DNA from: Candidatus Heimdallarchaeota archaeon
Lineage (GTDB): Archaea; Asgardarchaeota; Heimdallarchaeia; Heimdallarchaeales; Heimdallarchaeaceae
Assembly: GCA_030603365.1 (NCBI GenBank)
Contig: JAUVXV010000008.1
Location: 1-64,000, forward strand
Length of the DNA: 64,000 nt
Direction: 5' to 3'
The notes under the pieces were generated by a model. That model saw nothing but the letters and a program-made list of their open reading frames with translations. It was not told the DNA's origin and did no database searches. Shown piece after piece: positions 1 through 9,151 of the stretch (positions are counted from its first letter, which is position 1; the number at the start of each line of letters is the position of its first letter). A program made the position numbers and the translations under genes.

Positions 1-2
1 TC

Positions 3-143
3 AATGCTGATGTGAATGCAGCGTACAATATTTTAGTCAAAAGCGATCCGAAAGCTGTACCTAAACGTACGGTGAACGGGGTAGGAGGATACGTGATGTA
101 TCCGCTCAGAGTAAGTATAGAACAGTTGCATACTGCCATATGA
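3..143 (+). mobile_element. tnpB: 3' end of IS200/IS605-family TnpB (RuvC-III end), truncated by window edge
   Basis: My translation of frame 3 is NADVNAAYNILVKSDPKAVPKRTVNGVGGYVMYPLRVSIEQLHTAI*. NADxNAAxNI is the C-terminal RuvC motif of TnpB/Cas12f. Not in the ORF track. Confidence 0.85.
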
Positions 144-205
144 TGAACTCTGAGAAAGATATTTAACTATTCTTGTCTAAGGTGACAAGGAGACAACAAC
201 TCATC

Positions 206-1159
206 ATGAGTGAAGAACATATCTGGAAAACATTACTCTCAAATCTTGAACAAAATAAGCAGGCTGTAGTTGTAGTCATTATTCAACGAACAGGTTCTGC
301 ACCAAATATACCAGGTGCAAAAATGCTTGTTACAACGGATAAGGTAATGGGGACTGTAGGTGGAGGAATTTCTGAACATAAATTGCTTGAACACGCTCGT
401 ACTTTACTTGAAGAGAAGATAGTTGCGGTTGAAACAGTGTTTATGGATCACAGTGAAACAGCAACAGAACACCGTTCAGGAATGATTTGTTCCGGTTCAC
501 AGACATTCGCACTAATTTCACTCGGAAAACAAGACATTGTAACTATAAAAAATATAACAGAGGTTTTTTCTAAAGGACAATCAGGAATTCTTACTTTAAA
601 TCAGGAAGGAATCAATTTTGCTTTTGGTGATTCTTTAACTGACGATAATATTTATACTGAAGAAGATAGTTCCTGGACATATCAAGAAAATATCGGAGTA
701 CATGATAAGCTTTTCATAATTGGAGGAGGTCATGTTTCACTTGCATTATCTCGTATTATGGAAACACTAGGGTTTCACATAACAGTTGTTGATGATAGAA
801 AGAATCTTCCGACTATGGATGCTAATAGTTATGCCCATGAAAGAATAGTTATGTCTTACAAAAATATTTTATCTATTATCCCTCAGGGAAACAACATATA
901 CGTCACAATTATGACCTTTGGTCATTCATCTGATGAACTAGTACTCGAAAATCTAATTGCTAAAAAAATAAAATATCTTGGAATGATGGCAAGTGACACC
1001 AAGAAGCACCAGATATTTACAAATCTTAAAAATATAGGAATTTCCAAAGCTATTTTAGATACAGTACATTCACCTATTGGTTTGAAAATTAACAGCCACA
1101 CACCTGAGGAAATAGCTATAAGCATTGCAGCAGAGATAATTTTTATAAAAAATTCTTAA
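206..1159 (+). CDS. xdhC: XdhC/CoxI family xanthine dehydrogenase accessory (Moco chaperone) protein
   Basis: GSAP..PGAKMLV, GTVGGG..E, GMICSG, GGGHVS.AL, YLGMMAS, SPIGL.I...TPEEIAISIAAEI. The ATG at 206 is more likely than the TTG at 173. Confidence 0.9.
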   Translation: MSEEHIWKTLLSNLEQNKQAVVVVIIQRTGSAPNIPGAKMLVTTDKVMGTVGGGISEHKLLEHARTLLEEKIVAVETVFMDHSETATEHRSGMICSGSQTFALISLGKQDIVTIKNITEVFSKGQSGILTLNQEGINFAFGDSLTDDNIYTEEDSSWTYQENIGVHDKLFIIGGGHVSLALSRIMETLGFHITVVDDRKNLPTMDANSYAHERIVMSYKNILSIIPQGNNIYVTIMTFGHSSDELVLENLIAKKIKYLGMMASDTKKHQIFTNLKNIGISKAILDTVHSPIGLKINSHTPEEIAISIAAEIIFIKNS

Positions 1160-1238
1160 TCAAAAGAAGAATAGTTGGACTTTTTGAAAGGTGAATCATC
1201 TAGCTTTTGTTGATGTTTCAGAGATTATATTTGTTTCA

Positions 1239-1625
1239 TTAGACTGATATAATCTCATAGCCATCTTTTACCCACAATTCCAGAGGAGTATGACCAAACA
1301 AATCATCATGTATAGGTAAACCTTGTTTCTCTGCTGATTCCAATGCACCTACAGCTTTTGCACAAACTCTACATACTGAAGCAATTAGCTTTAATTCTTT
1401 CATTTTCTCGAACTTATCATTCACGTTTTCTTCGTACATAGGAATTAGTTTACATCCTTCGCTCTCAAAGACTACTCCAACTTCATATCCTTTTTCTTGA
1501 AAATCTAAAACATTCATCATAACATGTGTGAATGTTCCTTTATTTGCAGACCATATTACAAGAAGTAGTTTTCTCAAATAATCACCTTTTGAAAATATAC
1601 TATCATCAATAAAACTTTTTCTCAT
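1239..1625 (-). CDS. DsrE/DsrF-like family protein
   Basis: About 110 aa alpha/beta protein: GYEVGVVFESEG, VCRVCAKAVG, GHTPL..WVKDGYEIISV. The true start is probably around LRKLLLV. Confidence 0.7.
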   Translation of the reverse strand: MRKSFIDDSIFSKGDYLRKLLLVIWSANKGTFTHVMMNVLDFQEKGYEVGVVFESEGCKLIPMYEENVNDKFEKMKELKLIASVCRVCAKAVGALESAEKQGLPIHDDLFGHTPLELWVKDGYEIISV

Positions 1626-1652
1626 AAACGAAAAAGAAAGAAAAAAGGATTA

Positions 1653-4600
1653 TTAGAATCTTACTGTAGCTATCTTGTAAGCATCAAATACAGGTGTTAA
1701 GATACCTAGTTCTATAAATTCAAAGATTATAGGCAATCCTATCTCAATTCTAATACTATCAATTTCATCAAAAATTTTACTTATTGTTACATGATCATTT
1801 TCCATTATATATGTAATTAATTGCTTCTTGAGTCCTGTAAGTTCTGCGATTATATTTGTTTTATATGGAGAAATAATAAAAGGATAGAATATCCATAAAT
1901 GGATTTCCGTCATTATCTTCTCTGTTATCCCCTGGAGATTGATTCTAAAAATCTCTGTAGAACCATCCCAGTCTTCTGGTATTTGATTAAACATTTTAGC
2001 AAACCAATTACTAATGACTGTAAGCCTTTCTTCAATTTCTTCATTCAAATCAGCTTCAGAGAAAGTGTATATGGTAAATTGACCAGATTCAGTTCCAGTT
2101 ACTAAGAAGTTTTTGTATTGCAACCTTTTAACAGAACCAGCTTTATCACCTCTAAGTTCAACACCCATAGAGGATATAGCTGAAAGAAAACCAGTTATGA
2201 GTGAAGGATCTAAAGTTATTTCGGATCCTAAATCCATTTCATAGACAGGTAAACCAGTAACTTTGTGGACTATAATTATTTTTGTAATTGAAAGAACACT
2301 TTCATATAAACCATAAATTCTTGTGAATAAGGTTTTTTCTGCACGCTTATCTTTGTTCATCTTCCGTCTAATAAAATAAACCATAGGAGTAATAATAATA
2401 GCAGCACCAAAAATACCTATTACAACAAAAAGTATTGGAGGTATTTCTCCTTCGACAGGATTTAGTATAGAAATGGATTTAATAGCAATATCAATTTGAG
2501 ATACATATCCATCTTTGGATATGTTAATAAAAACATTAACAGTGGTTTCTTGGGGTTCATGAATCCTGAAAACTATATAATAAGTACCATCATTTTCATA
2601 CTTTGTAATTAGTTCAGCATCTTGAACATCAAATGAAACATCAAATTCAGCTCCAGAGATATTTTGAGAATGAATTGTATCAACATAAATGAACGCAATT
2701 GTTGTTTCATTACCATAATATAGCTCATCTTCAGAAGAAATTATCTCTATTAGAGTTGGAGTTTCTTGAATGTTCAATGTTACTTGAGTAGTAGCATTTT
2801 CTTGTTCATAATCTACAAAGAAACCTAGTTTTGAGACTGAAATTCTTATAGTATAAGATCCTACGACCAAATCTAATCCAAGACTATTGGAATAAAGTTC
2901 TAATTGCATATCATTTGTACCTGAAAATTCTCTAACTCCATATTCTAAAGTTTCAACTAGTAAAACATCATCTAGATAGAAATACATCTCATCAGGAATT
3001 ATTGGATTGTCTGTTTCATTTGATAAGTCTTCAACTGTAAATGGGATTATTGATTCTGCGTCATTATAATACGAGTTATAATTATAGGAATTGGGAGAAA
3101 TTTCAAAAGTATGATACACTTTTAAATTGAATGTTATTGAATGTGTTTCCAGTAGAAGCCCAGTTGCTGTAAGGGTTATAGAGTAATCACCTGATAAAAC
3201 ATTTATGGGGATGTCTAGTTCATAATATGGTCCAACATAATTCAATAAACCCGAAGTTCCCCAAGAAGTATTGTAAGCTACAGGTGCAGATATTATGGGA
3301 GTTCCTTCTCCTGTGAAAAATGGATCACTAATATTATTATACTGAATTTGAGCTATAATTCCCTGCAGATTTATCCTTTCAATTATGATAGAAGAATTGG
3401 ATATCATGCTTCCTCCTACTGTTTCTTCCCAACTGAAAGAAGCAGTTGTAGACTTCCTCACTGAGATTCTTTCCGAGTAGAAACCTATTTCAGTTCCATT
3501 CTTCCAATAACATACTACAGTCCAGAAACCTTCTGAATCACTGCCATCAATAGAGGGATCGAAAACTGTATTTATTGAATATTGACCAGGAAATTCTTGG
3601 CTTAATTGAAGAATTGTATATTCTGTAACATCATTAAAGATAATATTCGATGGAACATCTGTTTTTAGAGGAACGATGTCACCATTTGGATCATAGAGTG
3701 TGAAATTTAATTCACCAGAAAGAACATCAGAAGAAAGTAAATCTTTGATAAATACATCAGCTATTACTAAAGATCCATTCGTTCCAGTCGCATAAGTTCC
3801 ATCTGTTGTCCAAGACCCTAAATTGAAAATGTGTGTGTTCAGATTTAAATCATAAAGATAATTAGAACTTGTAGATGTGAAAGTAAGGTTTCCAGAAGCA
3901 TATTCTATTCCAGATAAAATTGTGTTTAAGTTGAAATTGTAACCTAGAGTACTTTTAACCCCAGAGATGGAAATTGAGTCATTAACTAGTAAATTGAAAG
4001 TCTGATTATTCCAATCACTAGGCGTTAAAAGCTCTTGAGTTCTTGCTGGATTAGTGTAATTTAAAAGATTCAGTATGCTGATATCCCATACTAAGGTCCA
4101 ATAAACTGTTTCTGCAAGATGAGTTGAGTTAGAAACCACATAATTGGATTTTGCTAATACAGCTTTATCAAAAATATATGTGTTATTCATAGTAATTTCT
4201 ACTGAATCATTGGAAATTAGAGTATGAATACCACTTCCTATTATTTGTTGAGTCAGAGAAGTTACAGATACAGAATTGTCTTCTAAAACAATATTAGAGG
4301 GGTCAGTAATTATTTGTGCTGTCCCATTAGAATATGAATGCTTTAATTCCACTAGCAACCCTCTTGTTTCATCACTAATTTCATTCCAAGAAACACCATC
4401 ATGATCATAACAGGGATAACCAGGGGTTACTATTTGTTTTCCTAACCAATCAAATTCATCATTATTATCATCGACAACTGTTAATTCTATCACTATGAAA
4501 TAAGTTCCTTTTTCTAATATTGCTTCTCCAGTCTTAGAAGTATTTAGAAAATCATAATAACCGTAATTCCCTACTGAACTTGGAGGGATAAGATTTGAGG

Positions 4601-5273
4601 AGTTATAAGGTCCATTAACCTCAACTGCACGAATATCACTTAAATTAGGTTCCCCTAATCCATTAGCTTTTACAACATAAAGCTCTATTTCATCATTACC
4701 TAAAGTTGGACCAGTGGTTACTAGGTTAATTTCAGCACTGTAAAATACACCATAATCCCAAATTATCTGAAAAGCTTGAGCTACTCGAATACTGCCACTA
4801 TCAAGACGAGCATGTTTATTTTCTACCGCTCCATCATAAACTGCATAAGAATCTTGTATTGAAGTAATTGTCATATCATACTGAAGATAATCAGCACTGA
4901 AATCTGAGGGTGGTTGAATGTTGAAGCTTTCTTCCCAATCATTACTAGAATTTAGAATAAGGTTATTAATATGAGATACAGACAATTCATCTCTTATAGA
5001 AAAGTTATCACCTACTCCTGTTTGAGTATCAATAGGTGTATAGTATAATTGAGGATTTTCCGGAAAAATTTCAGGATTTTCAACACTATAGATTTCATAT
5101 AAATCATTAGGATTTGTTATTTGATCAAGATATATGGAATTATCACTACCTAATGGATTTCTTCTGTGTATATCTGAAAGCACATAATTCGAAGCCAGAT
5201 TGATAATTACTAAAATGCATACTATATACTTTTTATACTTATTCTGACCCATAAAATGAAACCCCAATATCAA
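1653..5273 (-). CDS. Large single-pass surface protein: signal/TM, beta-rich (Ig-like) ectodomain, TM, cytoplasmic longin-like + winged-helix domain (paralogue 1)
   Basis: N-terminal hydrophobic segment, many NxS/T sequons, TM ILFVVIGIFGAAIIITPMVYF followed by RRK, then KIIIVHKVTGLPVYE..DPSLITGFLSAISSMG.E..G.VKRLQY, a typical Asgard longin-like pattern. Confidence 0.8.
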   Translation of the reverse strand: MILGFHFMGQNKYKKYIVCILVIINLASNYVLSDIHRRNPLGSDNSIYLDQITNPNDLYEIYSVENPEIFPENPQLYYTPIDTQTGVGDNFSIRDELSVSHINNLILNSSNDWEESFNIQPPSDFSADYLQYDMTITSIQDSYAVYDGAVENKHARLDSGSIRVAQAFQIIWDYGVFYSAEINLVTTGPTLGNDEIELYVVKANGLGEPNLSDIRAVEVNGPYNSSNLIPPSSVGNYGYYDFLNTSKTGEAILEKGTYFIVIELTVVDDNNDEFDWLGKQIVTPGYPCYDHDGVSWNEISDETRGLLVELKHSYSNGTAQIITDPSNIVLEDNSVSVTSLTQQIIGSGIHTLISNDSVEITMNNTYIFDKAVLAKSNYVVSNSTHLAETVYWTLVWDISILNLLNYTNPARTQELLTPSDWNNQTFNLLVNDSISISGVKSTLGYNFNLNTILSGIEYASGNLTFTSTSSNYLYDLNLNTHIFNLGSWTTDGTYATGTNGSLVIADVFIKDLLSSDVLSGELNFTLYDPNGDIVPLKTDVPSNIIFNDVTEYTILQLSQEFPGQYSINTVFDPSIDGSDSEGFWTVVCYWKNGTEIGFYSERISVRKSTTASFSWEETVGGSMISNSSIIIERINLQGIIAQIQYNNISDPFFTGEGTPIISAPVAYNTSWGTSGLLNYVGPYYELDIPINVLSGDYSITLTATGLLLETHSITFNLKVYHTFEISPNSYNYNSYYNDAESIIPFTVEDLSNETDNPIIPDEMYFYLDDVLLVETLEYGVREFSGTNDMQLELYSNSLGLDLVVGSYTIRISVSKLGFFVDYEQENATTQVTLNIQETPTLIEIISSEDELYYGNETTIAFIYVDTIHSQNISGAEFDVSFDVQDAELITKYENDGTYYIVFRIHEPQETTVNVFINISKDGYVSQIDIAIKSISILNPVEGEIPPILFVVIGIFGAAIIITPMVYFIRRKMNKDKRAEKTLFTRIYGLYESVLSITKIIIVHKVTGLPVYEMDLGSEITLDPSLITGFLSAISSMGVELRGDKAGSVKRLQYKNFLVTGTESGQFTIYTFSEADLNEEIEERLTVISNWFAKMFNQIPEDWDGSTEIFRINLQGITEKIMTEIHLWIFYPFIISPYKTNIIAELTGLKKQLITYIMENDHVTISKIFDEIDSIRIEIGLPIIFEFIELGILTPVFDAYKIATVRF

Positions 5274-5422
5274 TTACAGACTTAATTATGTTATTCTTTA
5301 CAGTTTCTTTATTCTTTATAAATTATTAGTTAATTTCTATTTAAAAAGTTATGAAAATGACTAACAAAAGGTAGAAATACTTTTTCACAATCTTTTATGA
5401 TGTAAAGTTTGATTTTTCATTC

Positions 5423-8400
5423 CTAAAAACGAACTGTAGCAATCTTATAAGCATCGTATTCAGGTTCTAGAATATTGCTTTCAATTAGTTCAAAGATAAC
5501 TGGTAATCCTTGTTCAAATGTGATATAATCAATATCATCAAAGAGACGACTGATTGTGATATTATCTATTTCTTGAATGTAATTAATTAATTTCTTCCTA
5601 AGACCTGACATCTGTTCTATTTCTATGGTTTTATTTGGTGCGACTCTAAAAGGATAGAATATCCATAGATGAATTTCTTTCATTATTTTTTCAGTTATTC
5701 CTTGTAGATTAAGTCTAAAGGGTTCTGTTGATCCATCCCAATCTTCTGGAATGTTACTGAAGAGCATAGCAAACCAATCACTAATTACAGTCAGTTTTTT
5801 CTCTATTTCTTCATTTAATTCTGCTTCTGAAAAAGTGTAAAGTGTAAATTGTCCTGATTTTGATGCTGTAACTTGGAAATCCATATATTCTACCCTTTTA
5901 ACGCTTGCAGTTTTATCACCTTTCATTTCCCCTCCAACACTTGAAACAGCTGAAAGAAATCCAGTAATTAAGGATGGGTCTAAGGTAATCTCAGATCCTA
6001 AATCCATTTCATACACTGGTAAGCTCGTTGCACTATGAACAATTATCAGTTTAGTAACAGACAGGATACCCTCATAGAAATTATAAATTTGAGTGAATTG
6101 AGATTTTTGAGCTCTTTTTTCTCTAATCACTTTCCTTCGAGCAAATAGTACTATAGGTATAATCAATATTACAGCTCCGATAATCCCAGCTATAATGAAG
6201 ATGTAAATTGGAAGTCCAGTTGGAGAAGGTGGTGGAGTCTGTATAATATTAATACTAATACCAACTAATCTAAAATCAGCTTTTGCTTCATATCCTACTT
6301 TAGAAACATTGACATAGATATTAAGAGATGATACTGATGGCTCTAAAGTTTTGACAATTATAGAATAAATTCCATTTACTTCAGGATCTAACCAAACTTC
6401 AACATTCGATATGTCGACTCTAACATCCACATCTGCATTTCTGATAAGCGTTGAGTGGTTAGTATCAAAGTAGCTAAACTTGATTATAGTTTGACTATTC
6501 TTATCTATTTCTTCTACAGTTTCTTCTATAGTGATGTCAGTTGCAATTGTTAATGTGTTTAAACTGAAACTTTCTAGAATATTTCCTTGACCTGTCGAAT
6601 CTATGAAATTGGTTTTGGTTATATTTACATCAAGATTATAGACACCAATTCCAAGATTTAATGATCCTGAATTAAATTCTAAAATAATTTTCCCATTAGA
6701 GATTTCTTGTGAATAGTCTGACTGGAGCAAAATTGTTTCGTCGATTTTTAGAATAATTTGATCAGGTTCAACTGGATTACTCATATTGGTTATATCAATT
6801 AAATCAAATCGAATAATGAAGTCATTAGTATAATTTGTGTAATAATCGTTTTTCTCTTTGTTTAACTGAAACACATGAAGAATTCTTACAGTAAACTGAA
6901 CCGTATGATTTTCTAAGAATTGACTTTGAGCACTTAAATCGATTGTATAAGTGCCTGCTTGAACATTAGTTAGAATCTCTCGTTCATAGGAAGACACACC
7001 AAAAGCGATGAGCCCTGTTTCTAACCAACCTGTTGAATAGGTTACTGATGCACTGGTAATTAATGTCCCATTTCCAGTGAAAAAGGGATCACTTATATTG
7101 TAATAACAAATTCGAACCTTTATTCCTTCACCATTAATTCTATCAATAGTTGATAGGCTATCATTAACCCAATTATCACTTCCCTCTATATCTTCCCATT
7201 CAAATTCAGCGAAGGTTGGCTTAACCACAGTTATTATTCTTGATGTGAAACCGACATCAGTTCCATTTTGCCAAAGATAAACTACAGTCCAATAACCCTC
7301 TTTGTCACTACCATAAACAGATGGGTCAAAGAGTGTACTTGCTGAATACTCTCCAGGTCCTGACTGAGTGGAGATTATTTGAGTGTAATAACTAATATCA
7401 TTATAGATTAATTCACTAGGTAAGCTGTTCTTAAAAGATATAATCTGCCCTTCAGGGTCAAAGAGTGTAAAATTCAGATTTCCATTTGTAACTTCACTAT
7501 CAATTGCTTCCTTAACATCTATAATGGAGTTCAAAGGAGAACCTTGATACCCTGTGGCATGTGTTTCATTTGTTTCCCAGTAACCTAAATTGAACGTGTC
7601 AGATGATTGTATAACTTCATAGAGAAGATTTCTACTTGTTGACTGGAAGGAAATATCTCCCTCTAGATAGCTAGAACCTGAAAGTAACTCAATCATGTTC
7701 AAAGTAAAAGTTCTGTCAGATTTTAAGTATGAAAGAGGAGTAGCATCATTTAGAAGTAAACTAAATGAGAAATCATTCCAAGTTTTTGGGATTGTAAAAG
7801 TTTGAGAGCGAGTAGGATTATCATATCCTGAAAAATCAACAGAAGAACTTAGCCACGAAATATTCCATGAAACACTATAATCGTAGAAAGTAGAATTTAT
7901 TGCAGTGTATGATGAACTTCCAACAAATGAACGGCTAAATGAGTAGGAGTTGTTCAGGTTTACAGCAACAGTAGTATTAGAAGTTAGTTCATGGGATCCT
8001 ATCCCACTGATTATTTGAGTTGTTGATGTTATATCAACTCCGTTATCTCTTAGCTGAATTGAAGTTGGGTCTTGATAAATTATAGGTGATCCGTTAGCAT
8101 AAGTTTGCATCAACTCAGGTGCTAAAATGAAATCTTTGTTTATAATTCCTGACCAGACTGTTCCATCATGAGTGTATGAATCAGTATATACTGAGCCTTG
8201 TTGTCCGCGCCAATTAAATCCATCACTATCAACTGCATCAAAACTAGATAAATTAGCTACAACATAATATTTCCCTGTTGTTAATACTACATTATGAAAA
8301 TCATAAAAGACGGTATTTCCTGGAGTACTTTCTGTTATCGGATTAATCGAACCAAAAGGATCATTTGTTGCATTTGAAAGAATGAAACCCATGTCTGGTT

Positions 8401-9022
8401 TTCCATCAACTATACTTGCTTTGACTAAAAACAATTCCAATTCATCCGCCCCTATTGCTGTTTTAATAATTAGGTAGATTTTTGCTCCAGAAAAAACTGC
8501 ATAATCATAAACTACATCAAAACTCTGTGCAACTCTAATATTGGTTGATTCAAGTACTTCGTCTTTATTATGTATAGTCTGTTGAGTAATAAATTCCTGA
8601 CTGGTAGTTATTGAAGTGATATTGTATTGTAAAATATCTTCCGAATAATCAGCTAGACCGCCTATACTATATGAATTTGTTAGACTATTATCAGAGTTTA
8701 ATGAAACAGATAAGGGGTGATGAACGTGCAAGTTGTCATCTACAAGAAAATCATTACCTGAACCTGACAAATCCAATATAGGATCAAAATTCAGTGAATT
8801 AGGATTATAAGATGGTTTTTCTCCTAAAAATATAGTATTAAAACTAATTTCTGCATCCTGTTTGAAGTCTTTATTCATGTTTACTGAAACAGTATCTGTA
8901 GAAATAGCATTAGTTATTCTGTTAGTAAAAGGAGAACTAGATAGAATGAAAAGTGAAATTATTATAATAGACTTTATCTTATCTCGATTTTTCCTAATCT
9001 CAAAACGATAAATAGATTCCAC
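5423..9022 (-). CDS. Large single-pass surface protein with cytoplasmic longin-like + winged-helix domain (paralogue 2)
   Basis: Same architecture as 1653-5273. Shares RVAQ.F, LG.W.T..T.A.G..G, NFTL.DP.G, FDPS..GSD.EG.WT, EMDLGSEITLDPSLITGFLSA and the C-terminal DAYKIATVRF. Confidence 0.8.
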   Translation of the reverse strand: MESIYRFEIRKNRDKIKSIIIISLFILSSSPFTNRITNAISTDTVSVNMNKDFKQDAEISFNTIFLGEKPSYNPNSLNFDPILDLSGSGNDFLVDDNLHVHHPLSVSLNSDNSLTNSYSIGGLADYSEDILQYNITSITTSQEFITQQTIHNKDEVLESTNIRVAQSFDVVYDYAVFSGAKIYLIIKTAIGADELELFLVKASIVDGKPDMGFILSNATNDPFGSINPITESTPGNTVFYDFHNVVLTTGKYYVVANLSSFDAVDSDGFNWRGQQGSVYTDSYTHDGTVWSGIINKDFILAPELMQTYANGSPIIYQDPTSIQLRDNGVDITSTTQIISGIGSHELTSNTTVAVNLNNSYSFSRSFVGSSSYTAINSTFYDYSVSWNISWLSSSVDFSGYDNPTRSQTFTIPKTWNDFSFSLLLNDATPLSYLKSDRTFTLNMIELLSGSSYLEGDISFQSTSRNLLYEVIQSSDTFNLGYWETNETHATGYQGSPLNSIIDVKEAIDSEVTNGNLNFTLFDPEGQIISFKNSLPSELIYNDISYYTQIISTQSGPGEYSASTLFDPSVYGSDKEGYWTVVYLWQNGTDVGFTSRIITVVKPTFAEFEWEDIEGSDNWVNDSLSTIDRINGEGIKVRICYYNISDPFFTGNGTLITSASVTYSTGWLETGLIAFGVSSYEREILTNVQAGTYTIDLSAQSQFLENHTVQFTVRILHVFQLNKEKNDYYTNYTNDFIIRFDLIDITNMSNPVEPDQIILKIDETILLQSDYSQEISNGKIILEFNSGSLNLGIGVYNLDVNITKTNFIDSTGQGNILESFSLNTLTIATDITIEETVEEIDKNSQTIIKFSYFDTNHSTLIRNADVDVRVDISNVEVWLDPEVNGIYSIIVKTLEPSVSSLNIYVNVSKVGYEAKADFRLVGISINIIQTPPPSPTGLPIYIFIIAGIIGAVILIIPIVLFARRKVIREKRAQKSQFTQIYNFYEGILSVTKLIIVHSATSLPVYEMDLGSEITLDPSLITGFLSAVSSVGGEMKGDKTASVKRVEYMDFQVTASKSGQFTLYTFSEAELNEEIEKKLTVISDWFAMLFSNIPEDWDGSTEPFRLNLQGITEKIMKEIHLWIFYPFRVAPNKTIEIEQMSGLRKKLINYIQEIDNITISRLFDDIDYITFEQGLPVIFELIESNILEPEYDAYKIATVRF

Positions 9023-9151
9023 TCTCTTTTACTCTGATAGATACTTTATGTAATTTGAACTTAAAATTCTTTCCAATATTCTAATATTATCTATATAAAA
9101 GAGATTAACAGTAAAAAAATACTTAATCAAACCTTCTAAAATGTCCGTATT

